From an uncultured Clostridia bacterium (lineage in GTDB: Bacteria; Bacillota; Clostridia; Christensenellales; Borkfalkiaceae), in assembly GCA_947589085.1 (NCBI GenBank), contig CANPZD010000001.1, positions 208,583 through 272,582 on the forward strand: DNA of 64,000 nt. Reading direction: 5' to 3'. The notes under the pieces were generated by a model. It searched no databases. It was given only the letters and a program-made list of their open reading frames with translations, and had not been told where the DNA came from. Positions 8,508 through 16,431 of this stretch are shown here, piece by piece (within the stretch, counting starts at the first letter, position 1; every line of letters begins with the position of its first letter). The translations under genes and the position numbers were made by a program.

Positions 8508-9116
8508 TTACAAAGTGCGCAAAAGGCCGACGACTTTTCCGATGATCATGGCCTCGCTGGCGGAGTCCAGAACAAAATCGGAGAGCGCCTCGTTCTCGGG
8601 GTGAAGAATGACTTTTCCGTCCCGTTTGAACAAGCGTTTGACCGTCGCTCCCTGTTCGGTGCCGTCGGGATTGAAGAGGGCAACGACGATATCGCCGTTT
8701 TCCGCGGTTTCCTGCTTGCGGACAATGATCTTATCCCCGTCGAAGATCCCGGCGTCGATCATGCTTTCTCCCCGCACGCGGAGCATAAACAGCTCGTCGC
8801 CTTTGAATTCCGAAGACGGGAGGGGAAAATAGCCCTCGAAATTTTCTGCGGCAAGAATGGGCTGACCTGCCGTGACCGTTCCGATCAGAGGCACGCGGAC
8901 CGTATTTTCGCCGCGTACGGAAACCGCGCGCTTTTTCTTTTCCGCCTTGGCAAGATATCCCATCTCTTTGAGACGGTTGATATAGTCATACGCCGTCGCC
9001 GTGGATTTGATGCCGAGATCGCGGCACATATCGCGCACCGTGGGCGGAAATCCGTTTTCTTCCGTATAGCGGTTGATGTATTCAAGCACGGCCATCAGTT
9101 TATTCTTGTTGAGCAT
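8508..9116 (-). CDS. lexA: LexA repressor
   Basis: Winged HTH (PPTVRDMCRDLGIKSTATAYDYINRL) and an S24 domain with GESMIDAGI and downstream Lys (IIVRKQ). Confidence 0.93.
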   Translation of the reverse strand: MLNKNKLMAVLEYINRYTEENGFPPTVRDMCRDLGIKSTATAYDYINRLKEMGYLAKAEKKKRAVSVRGENTVRVPLIGTVTAGQPILAAENFEGYFPLPSSEFKGDELFMLRVRGESMIDAGIFDGDKIIVRKQETAENGDIVVALFNPDGTEQGATVKRLFKRDGKVILHPENEALSDFVLDSASEAMIIGKVVGLLRTL

Positions 9117-9133
9117 TTTTCACCTCCGCAAAC

Positions 9134-9172
9134 AGTATACCATGAATCGCGAAAGATTGCAAACATTTGTTT
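9134..9172 (-). promoter_or_regulatory. lexA promoter with overlapping SOS-box-like palindrome
   Basis: On the - strand: TTGCAA (9157-9162), 17 nt, TATACT (9134-9139). AAACATTTGTTT (9161-9172) resembles the Firmicute LexA box GAAC-N4-GTTC/T and overlaps the -35. Confidence 0.55.
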
Positions 9173-9202
9173 TAAGATTTTTTCAAAAAAAATCAGTTTT
9201 TC

Positions 9203-9231
9203 TTGATTTTTTCAGAAATGCACATTATAAT
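9203..9231 (+). promoter_or_regulatory. SigA-type promoter abutting the small Cys-rich ORF
   Basis: TTGATT (9203-9208), 17 nt, TATAAT (9226-9231). ATG 9239 lies 8 nt after the -10. Confidence 0.5.
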
Positions 9232-9238
9232 AAAGAGT

Positions 9239-9421
9239 ATGGAAATCAAGATGTGCGTTCTCGATGAAGAAAAGGAATGCGACGGATGTATGGAGTGCGA
9301 AATGTGCGATCTGGATCCGTCCAAGGTCTGCGATAATTGCGGCAAATGCCTCGATATCAAGGACGTCGCCACGATCAGGATCGACAAGATCATCACAGAT
9401 CCGAACGAATACAAGGAATGA
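9239..9421 (+). CDS. Small (60 aa) acidic 8-cysteine protein, unknown function
   Basis: MEIKMCVLDEEKECDGCMECEMCDLDPSKVCDNCGKCLD... consists of two C-x7-C-x2-C-x2-C units. It is divergent from lexA. The track start at 9203 would overlap the promoter; ATG 9251 is an alternative. Confidence 0.55.
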   Translation: MEIKMCVLDEEKECDGCMECEMCDLDPSKVCDNCGKCLDIKDVATIRIDKIITDPNEYKE

Positions 9422-9444
9422 TTCCGCTGCCCGTTGCAGCGGAT

Positions 9445-10653
9445 TTATTTTTGAAGAAATTTTTTGAACCGCGCCGCGTACATCACGGGAATGATTGCCT
9501 CAACAAAGGCGCCTTCGTCGCAGTACAGGACCGAGCGCTCGGAAATCAGATTGCGAATCGCGCCGTATTCCGCCGTGTCTCGGTATGGAATAAAGAGCGT
9601 TTTGCGCAGAAAATCGCTTTCGAACATTGAAAAAATGCGCTGTTTCAGTTCGTTGAGTCCCGCGCCGGTCTTTGCGGAAATACATAAAAATTCGCGGGGA
9701 AAACGCAGGTTTTCCGCGGCGTCGCACTTGTTCATCACCACGAGATAGGGGGAACGGAATCCGAGGTCTTTCAGCGTTTTGAGGGTCGTTTCAATTTGCG
9801 TTTCATAATCTCCGGAGGCGTCGCACACGATGAGAGCGAGGTCGCAGTGCAGCGCGCTTTCGAGCGTAGATTTGAACGCTTCGATCAGATTGTGCGGCAG
9901 ATCCTGCAAAAAACCCACGGTGTCGACCATGAGAAAGGGGATCCCCTCGATCTCGAAGGCGCGAGACGTCGGATCGAGCGTGGCAAAAAGCGCATTTTTG
10001 ACGAATACGTCCGCGCCGGTCATCACGTTCAGCAGCGTGGATTTTCCGGTGTTCGTATAGCCTACCAGCGCGATCGTTTTCACGCTCTCCTTGATTCTGC
10101 GCTCGGTCAGGTGCGCGCGGCGCCGTTCCGTCTCTCCGAGTTTCTGTTCCAGAGTTTGAATGCGCGCGCGGATGTACCGCCTGTCCGTTTCCAGCTTGCT
10201 TTCGCCGGGACCGCGCGTACCGATCCCTCCGCCCAGACGGGAAAGCGCGGCTCCCTTGCCGCGCAAACGTGGATAAATGTATTTCAGCTGGGCAAGCTCC
10301 ACCTGGATCTTACCTTCGCTGCTTACGGCGCGCGCCGCAAAGATGTCGAGAATGAGCGTCGTCCGGTCGATCACTTTCCTGTCGCCCAGCGCTTTGGAGA
10401 TATTCAAAGTCTGCGAAGGGGAAAGATTGCCGTTGAAAAGCACGGTCGTCTCCGTATCGCCGAGCTGCTCGTTCAATTCCTGCAGTTTTCCTTCGCCGAT
10501 AAACGTGGCGGGATTGATCTCGCGGATGGTCTGAAAAACGGATCCGATATAATTTGCGCCGGCGCTTCCGATCAGATCGACCGCCTCTGCGTGCAACGAT
10601 TCGGACCGAGCGCCAAAGACGGGTTGAATGACGAATACGTTTTCAACGGTCAT
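9445..10653 (-). CDS. hflX: GTPase HflX
   Basis: GTRGPGESKLETDRR, G1 VGYTNTGKSTLLN, DTVGF, NKCD. Confidence 0.93.
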   Translation of the reverse strand: MTVENVFVIQPVFGARSESLHAEAVDLIGSAGANYIGSVFQTIREINPATFIGEGKLQELNEQLGDTETTVLFNGNLSPSQTLNISKALGDRKVIDRTTLILDIFAARAVSSEGKIQVELAQLKYIYPRLRGKGAALSRLGGGIGTRGPGESKLETDRRYIRARIQTLEQKLGETERRRAHLTERRIKESVKTIALVGYTNTGKSTLLNVMTGADVFVKNALFATLDPTSRAFEIEGIPFLMVDTVGFLQDLPHNLIEAFKSTLESALHCDLALIVCDASGDYETQIETTLKTLKDLGFRSPYLVVMNKCDAAENLRFPREFLCISAKTGAGLNELKQRIFSMFESDFLRKTLFIPYRDTAEYGAIRNLISERSVLYCDEGAFVEAIIPVMYAARFKKFLQK

Positions 10654-11714
10654 TCATCGTCCTCCGTGCGGTGCAGCTTGACTTTGCTCGCAACGGCGCG
10701 GCGATTGTCCTCCGTGATGGCGGCATAGTGTTTGCGCGTCGTATTGACGTCTTTATGCCCGAGAACGTCGGCCACGATATAGATATCGCCCGTTTCGCGA
10801 TAGAGCGCGGTACCGTATGTGGAACGCAGTTTATGCGGTGTGATTTTTTTGAGCGGAGAGGCGATTTTTGCGTATTTTTTCACAAGATTTTCCACGGCGC
10901 GCACGGTGATCCGGCGATATTGCAAAGACAAAAAGAGGGGAAGGGGCGGCTTTTCGCGCGGAACTTTCGGATCGCCTTTCTTCTGCTCGAGATAGGCGGA
11001 GAGCGCATCCGCAACTTCGTCGGAAAAATACAAGAGCGCCTGATTGCCGCCCTTGCGCGTGACGACGAAAGAATTGGTCTTGAAATCGATACTTTCGTCG
11101 TTGAGGCCCACAAGCTCGGAAATACGTATCCCCGTGCCCAAAAACAGCGTCAAAATCGCGGTATCGCGGATCTTGGTGCGCTCATGATATCCTTCCATGT
11201 GCTTGCTGAGGCCGCGGCCGAGTTCCGCGGTGTCGATCAGATCGGCGACTTCGTCGCGTTCCAGCCGGATAATTTCTTTTTCGTGCAGTTTCGGCGTAGA
11301 GACTTTCGCCGTATGATTGACTTCGATGAGGCCCTTGTTGAAAAAATATTTGAAGAGGGAACGCACGGTGGAAAGCTTGCGCGCCTTGGCCCGCTCGTCG
11401 CAGGAGAGGCGCTTTTCGCCGTAGCGATAGTTGGAGAGATAGGAGAGAAAGATTTCGATATCCGTATCGGTGACCTGCTCGAGATCTTCCAACGTAAGAT
11501 CGTGGACGTCTTTGCCGCGAAATTTTTTACGGCAGAGAAAATCGAAGAAGATCCGAAGATCGTAAACGTAATTCAGGCGCGTGAGAGGGCTGGTACGATT
11601 TTCGACGCCGCGAAAAAAATCTTCGCAAAAATAGGGAAGATCATCCAAAAGCTCGTTGATCTTGTCGAGATTGCGAAAATTCCGATCCTGATAGTAATTG
11701 CCCGAATCTTTCAT
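10650..11714 (-). CDS. Tyrosine recombinase (Xer-like, 354 aa)
   Basis: Catalytic pattern R (GIRISEL), HKLRST, LGHKDVNTT, KHYA. ATGA overlap with the hflX start (10650-10653). Start is ATG 11714; the track start TTG 11753 is actually a -35 box. Confidence 0.88.
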   Translation of the reverse strand: MKDSGNYYQDRNFRNLDKINELLDDLPYFCEDFFRGVENRTSPLTRLNYVYDLRIFFDFLCRKKFRGKDVHDLTLEDLEQVTDTDIEIFLSYLSNYRYGEKRLSCDERAKARKLSTVRSLFKYFFNKGLIEVNHTAKVSTPKLHEKEIIRLERDEVADLIDTAELGRGLSKHMEGYHERTKIRDTAILTLFLGTGIRISELVGLNDESIDFKTNSFVVTRKGGNQALLYFSDEVADALSAYLEQKKGDPKVPREKPPLPLFLSLQYRRITVRAVENLVKKYAKIASPLKKITPHKLRSTYGTALYRETGDIYIVADVLGHKDVNTTRKHYAAITEDNRRAVASKVKLHRTEDDE

Positions 11715-11723
11715 AGCGGAACC

Positions 11724-11753
11724 ATTATAGCACAGGAAGGAGAAATTTGTCAA
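11724..11753 (-). promoter_or_regulatory. Strong SigA-type promoter (extended -10) abutting the recombinase start
   Basis: On the - strand: TTGACA (11753-11748), 18 nt, TGcTATAAT (-10 at 11729-11724). ATG 11714 lies 10 nt after the -10, with no SD. Confidence 0.6.
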
Positions 11754-12071
11754 TTTTTACGAAGAGTTACCCGGGGGATTTTTTTCGGAACAGACATTTT
11801 CGGCGCGTGGGGCAGAAAAAATGCAGGAAGTAAAATAGATCAAACTATTCGCAAAAGCCTAATTTTACGAATAGTAATGGGTCAAAAAGGGCAAAAAAAG
11901 GCTGAAATTTGCCCGAAAAACCGTTTTTTACGATATTTTGTCTTTTTGCAAAAAAAATTAAAAGTTTTTTTCGGCCGGTCAATTTCACGGTATTTTTTTA
12001 TCCAACGCAAATTTTTTCCGCTTGATTTTTCGCAAAATCGTCCGGAATCGCCGATCAAAAACGCCGTACCC

Positions 12072-12105
12072 GTATGTCAGACATAGTATATTATGTCTGG
12101 CATAC
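12072..12105. repeat. 34-bp near-perfect palindrome (14-bp arms, 6-bp centre GTATAT); terminator hairpin or recombinase core site
   Basis: GTATGTCAGACATA GTATAT TATGTCTGGCATAC, with one G-T position. It starts at the GH13 stop codon, and no U-run follows directly on the - strand. Confidence 0.6.
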
Positions 12106-13937
12106 TATTGATTTTTGGAAAGGATCCCATAGGAAAACGGCGCGATCGTGAGATGATCGGTGTATGTTTTTCCGGAAATGTGTTCGGAATAATTCCCGTA
12201 CATGTGAATGCTGTATTCGCTGGCGGAATTATTGCAGAACACGTAAACGGCGTCCGCTCCCTTTCTTCGCTCGTATACCAGGCAGGAAACGTCGGCGAAT
12301 ATTTCCCGATAGCTGCCGTCCCGGAAAATGTGGTTCAGGCTGCCCATGCGGATCTCTCCGAGTTTTGCAAAAAACGCGCAAAGTTCTTCGTCGATCTCCT
12401 CCCAAGGGAAGCATCTGCGGCAGAACGGATCGTGATAGCCTTCCATGGCGGTCTCGTCGCCGTAATAGATGCTGGGCACGCCCGGAAGCGTAAATTGCAG
12501 CACGGAGGCCATTTTGAGCTTTTCTATTGCGCGGGCCTTTTCGCTTTCACGCAGGAACGTTACCGCCATTTCTTCTTTGTTTGCGCAGTGACGGTTTCCG
12601 AGCACCGTCAAAATTCGCGGCGTGTCGTGCGTTCCCAATACATTCATGAGCACGTCGAGCGTCTGTTTCGGATAGTTATCGATGAGCATTGCGATCGTCT
12701 CGCGCAAATGCTCGCAGCTCCCGGAAAGCATATATCCGATGATCGCATTTTTCAGCGGATAGTTCATCACGCTGTCCAATTCGTAGCCCTGTAAATACTG
12801 TCTGCGCGCGCCGTAGGCGATCTTATTCGAGGCGTCTTCCCAGACTTCTCCGATGATGATCGCGTCCGGAACGTTCTCTTTGACGGATTTTCTTATTAGG
12901 CGCAGGAAGAAATCGGGCAATTCGTCCGCGACATCCAGTCTGTAACCTCCGATCCCGCGGGAAAGCCAGGTTTTCAGCACGCCGCTTTTCCCGCAAATAT
13001 AATCCTGAAACGAGGGCGACGATTCGTTGACGGCGGGAAGCGTTTCGATTCCCCACCAACTGTCGTACGTATCGGGGAACTGGTGAAATTGATACCAATC
13101 CGCGTACGGAGAAGTAAGGCTTTGATAGGCGCCCACGGAATCATAGCGGCCGTATTTATTGAAATAGCGGCTGTCGTCGCCCGTATGGTTGAATACGCCG
13201 TCCAAAACGATGCGGATCCCGTGTTTTTCGGCTTCTTTTACAAGTTCCTCGAAGTCCTGTTCCGTGCCGAGAACGGGATCGATCTTCATATAATCGCCCG
13301 TATCGTAGCGATGGTTGGAATATGCTTCGAAGATCGGATTGAAGTAAATGACGCTGACATGCAGTTTTTCGAGATAATCGAGTTTGGAACGCACGCCGTT
13401 GAGATTTCCGCCGAAGAAATCGTTATTGAGTACTTTTCCGTATTCGTTCGGCCGAAACGACGGGCATCCGCCCCAATCCGTTCTCGCCACTTTGTGCGGC
13501 GCAACGGGATATTCGCCGACCTTGCAAAACCGATCGGGAAAGATCTGATACATGATCCCTCCCTTGAACCATTCCGGCGTGCGGTAATTTTCGTCGTATA
13601 CGGTGATCTGCCAGCTTGCTGGATGATTCGTGACAATGGCGTTGCGCATTCTGCCGCAGCCCAAAAAGACGTTTTCGGGAAACGTAAAATAGTAAAAGAA
13701 CAGGCCGACGGCATTGAATTTCAGGGAAATTTCAAACCCGGACGGCGTATTTTTCATCGGAAGAATGGTTTCCTTTTTGCCGTCCTGATAGAGAACCATA
13801 TAACAAACATCGGCGGAGAAGTCGACTTCTCCGCTTTCGTTGTTGCAAAATATCCGGAATGTTACTTCGCTGCCGCGGGGTACGGCGCCCGTCTCGGATT
13901 TGCAGTTCCGGTCGATCGGATTATAGTAAAAATTCAT
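12105..13937 (-). CDS. GH13 alpha-glucosidase/neopullulanase-like enzyme (last gene of the glycogen operon)
   Basis: GH13 regions DGVFNHTGDDS, GGYRLDVADEL, IIGEVWED, VLGTHDTPR, plus an N-terminal E-set-like domain. Confidence 0.88.
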   Translation of the reverse strand: MNFYYNPIDRNCKSETGAVPRGSEVTFRIFCNNESGEVDFSADVCYMVLYQDGKKETILPMKNTPSGFEISLKFNAVGLFFYYFTFPENVFLGCGRMRNAIVTNHPASWQITVYDENYRTPEWFKGGIMYQIFPDRFCKVGEYPVAPHKVARTDWGGCPSFRPNEYGKVLNNDFFGGNLNGVRSKLDYLEKLHVSVIYFNPIFEAYSNHRYDTGDYMKIDPVLGTEQDFEELVKEAEKHGIRIVLDGVFNHTGDDSRYFNKYGRYDSVGAYQSLTSPYADWYQFHQFPDTYDSWWGIETLPAVNESSPSFQDYICGKSGVLKTWLSRGIGGYRLDVADELPDFFLRLIRKSVKENVPDAIIIGEVWEDASNKIAYGARRQYLQGYELDSVMNYPLKNAIIGYMLSGSCEHLRETIAMLIDNYPKQTLDVLMNVLGTHDTPRILTVLGNRHCANKEEMAVTFLRESEKARAIEKLKMASVLQFTLPGVPSIYYGDETAMEGYHDPFCRRCFPWEEIDEELCAFFAKLGEIRMGSLNHIFRDGSYREIFADVSCLVYERRKGADAVYVFCNNSASEYSIHMYGNYSEHISGKTYTDHLTIAPFSYGILSKNQ

Positions 13938-13974
13938 AGCGTTTGTCTCTTGTTTCAGTCGAAATTTTTGCGTA

Positions 13975-16407
13975 TTACTTTTTGTCGGGTACGGGTTTCA
14001 GATCCCAGATATTTTCCGCATAATCCCGCACGGCTCTGTCGGCGGAGAAAAATCCGGCCGCAGCAATGTTCATGAGCGATTTTTTGTTCCAAGCCGCCTT
14101 ATTCGTTCTGTAAAGCGCGGAAACCGCTTCCTGCGTCTTGCAGTAAGATTCGAAATCGGCCAAGCACATATACGGATCGGCCACGGGAGAACTGCGCAAC
14201 AGATAATTTGCGATCTCCGCGAACGATTCGCCGTTGAAGCCGGAATTCAGCGCTTCGATCACTTTTTTCAGCGCCGGATTGCGGTTGTAATACGCACTCG
14301 AATTATATCCATTGCGCCAGATTTCTTTCACTTCTTCCGCTTTCAGCCCGAAGATAAAGATATTTTCTTCTCCGACGTGCTCCGCGATCTCCACGTTGGC
14401 GCCGTCGAGCGTCCCGACGGTGAGCGCGCCGTTGATCATGAACTTCATGTTTCCCGTCCCGCTCGCCTCTTTCCCGGCAAGTGAGATCTGTTCGGAGATC
14501 TCCGAAGCGGGCATCAGCGATTCCGACATCGTAACATTGTAGTTTTCCATGTATACGACGTTGAGCTTTTCGCGGATCCGGGGATATTTTTTGATATCTT
14601 CGGAGAGAAAACAGATGAGTTTCATGATGAGCTTCGCCGTCTCGTAACCCGCCGCGGCCTTTGCGCCGAATATGTACGTTTTGGGAAGGATATCGAGATC
14701 GGGGTCCTCTTTCAACCGGTTGTAGTCCGCGATGATATGAAGTACGTTGAGCAGCTGCCGCTTATATTCGTGCATGCGCTTTGCCTGCACGTCGAAAACG
14801 GTATTCGGGTCGATGAGGATCCCCTGTTCCCGATAGGCAAATTCCGCAAACTGCACTTTTTTGATTTTTTTGATTTCATCCAGCCGCGCAAGGACGCTGC
14901 CGTCCTCGGCGAAGGCGGCAAATCCCGCAAGTTTTTCCGCGTCTTTGTCGTACCCGGGGCCGACGCACTCGTCGAGCAGCGAACAAAGTTCCGGGTTGGA
15001 CTGATTGAGCCATCTTCTGTGCGCGATCCCGTTTGTGACGTTGGTAAATTTTTCGGGCGTATATTCGTAGAAATCCCGGAAAATGCTCTCTTTGATGATA
15101 TTGCTGTGAAGTTTGGAAACACCGTTCACGCGGTGCGATCCCATCACGCAGAGATTGGCCATTTTCACGAGATTGTGGGAGAGAATGGACATGCGCGAGA
15201 TCTTATCCCAGTCTCCGGGAAAGGCGTTCCAAAGATCTTCGCAGAATCTGCGGTTCAGCTCTTTCAGAATACTGTGGATCCGGGGCATGCGGCGCGCGAC
15301 GAGATCTTCCGACCATGTTTCAAGCGCTTCCGCAAGGACGGTATGATTGGTATAGGCGCACGTTGCCGTCGTGATGTTCCAAGCTTCCTCCCAACGGAAA
15401 TCGTTTTCGTCGATGAGAATGCGCATGAGTTCGGGAATGGCAAGCGCGGGATGCGTGTCGTTGATATGGATCGCCGCCATCTGCGGCAGTAGCGTCAGAG
15501 AACCGTAACGGTGTTTATGGTCATACACAATACATTGCAGCGAGGCCGAAACCAAAAAGTACTGCTGTTTCAAACGCAGAGATTTCCCCTCGTAATGGTT
15601 ATCCGAAGGATAGAGAACTTTGGAGATCAGCTGCGCGTCGGAATCATCGCGCATGACGGCGTCGTAATCGCCCTGCGAAAAGCGCTGCATATCGAACTGC
15701 TGCATGGCGCGGGCGCGCCACAGCCGAAGCACGCTGACCGCGTCGCTGTCTGCGCCGGAGACCATCATGTCGTAAGCAAGCGCTTCCACTTCCTTGGCAT
15801 TCTTGTAGGTGATTTCCATGCCGTGGTCGGTCCAGCGTTCTTCGAGATCGCCGTCGAAGCGCACGATGAACTGTTTATCGGTGCGCTGCGTGAGCCATGC
15901 TTCCCCGCCCGGAAGCCATACGTCGGGGAGTTCGATCTGCCATCCGTCTACGATCTTCTGTTTGAAAAGTCCGTACTGGTAACAGATCGAAAAACCCATT
16001 GCCGGATAATTTTGCGTGGCGAGACCGTCCAAAAAACATGCCGCAAGACGGCCGAGTCCCCCGTTTCCCAGTCCCGCATCCGGTTCTTCCTCGAAGAGTT
16101 CTTCCAAAGTCACGCCGAAATTTTTCAGCGATTTGCGGATCGGGTCGCCGATCCCGAGATTGTAGATGCTGTTTTTCAGCGATCTACCCATGAGAAATTC
16201 CATACAGAGATAATACACGCGCTTGTACTTGCCCGTCTTGACCTTCAGATGGAAGCGCTGACGTTTTTCGAGCATGATGTCGCGTACGCTCATGACGACC
16301 GCTTTGTACAGCTGTTCGCGCGTCGCCTCGGCAGGCGCCACGCCGAAATAGCGCGAAAGTTTCCCCGCAATGAGTTTTTCAGCTTCCCGTTCGGTTAATT
16401 GCTCCAT
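13975..16407 (-). CDS. glgP: Glycogen/maltodextrin phosphorylase
   Basis: GNGGLGRLAACFLD and the PLP site EASGTGNMKFMINGALTVGTLDGANVEI. Confidence 0.95.
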   Translation of the reverse strand: MEQLTEREAEKLIAGKLSRYFGVAPAEATREQLYKAVVMSVRDIMLEKRQRFHLKVKTGKYKRVYYLCMEFLMGRSLKNSIYNLGIGDPIRKSLKNFGVTLEELFEEEPDAGLGNGGLGRLAACFLDGLATQNYPAMGFSICYQYGLFKQKIVDGWQIELPDVWLPGGEAWLTQRTDKQFIVRFDGDLEERWTDHGMEITYKNAKEVEALAYDMMVSGADSDAVSVLRLWRARAMQQFDMQRFSQGDYDAVMRDDSDAQLISKVLYPSDNHYEGKSLRLKQQYFLVSASLQCIVYDHKHRYGSLTLLPQMAAIHINDTHPALAIPELMRILIDENDFRWEEAWNITTATCAYTNHTVLAEALETWSEDLVARRMPRIHSILKELNRRFCEDLWNAFPGDWDKISRMSILSHNLVKMANLCVMGSHRVNGVSKLHSNIIKESIFRDFYEYTPEKFTNVTNGIAHRRWLNQSNPELCSLLDECVGPGYDKDAEKLAGFAAFAEDGSVLARLDEIKKIKKVQFAEFAYREQGILIDPNTVFDVQAKRMHEYKRQLLNVLHIIADYNRLKEDPDLDILPKTYIFGAKAAAGYETAKLIMKLICFLSEDIKKYPRIREKLNVVYMENYNVTMSESLMPASEISEQISLAGKEASGTGNMKFMINGALTVGTLDGANVEIAEHVGEENIFIFGLKAEEVKEIWRNGYNSSAYYNRNPALKKVIEALNSGFNGESFAEIANYLLRSSPVADPYMCLADFESYCKTQEAVSALYRTNKAAWNKKSLMNIAAAGFFSADRAVRDYAENIWDLKPVPDKK

Positions 16408-16431
16408 ATTCCGTCCCCCTGTCCGTTGTCG

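Noticed and set aside
10650-11714. The tyrosine recombinase as a marker of a prophage or integrative element.
   Set aside because: There are no phage, conjugation or transposase genes on either side. It is translationally coupled to hflX and flanked by lexA and the glycogen operon, so it looks chromosomal (Xer-like) rather than mobile.
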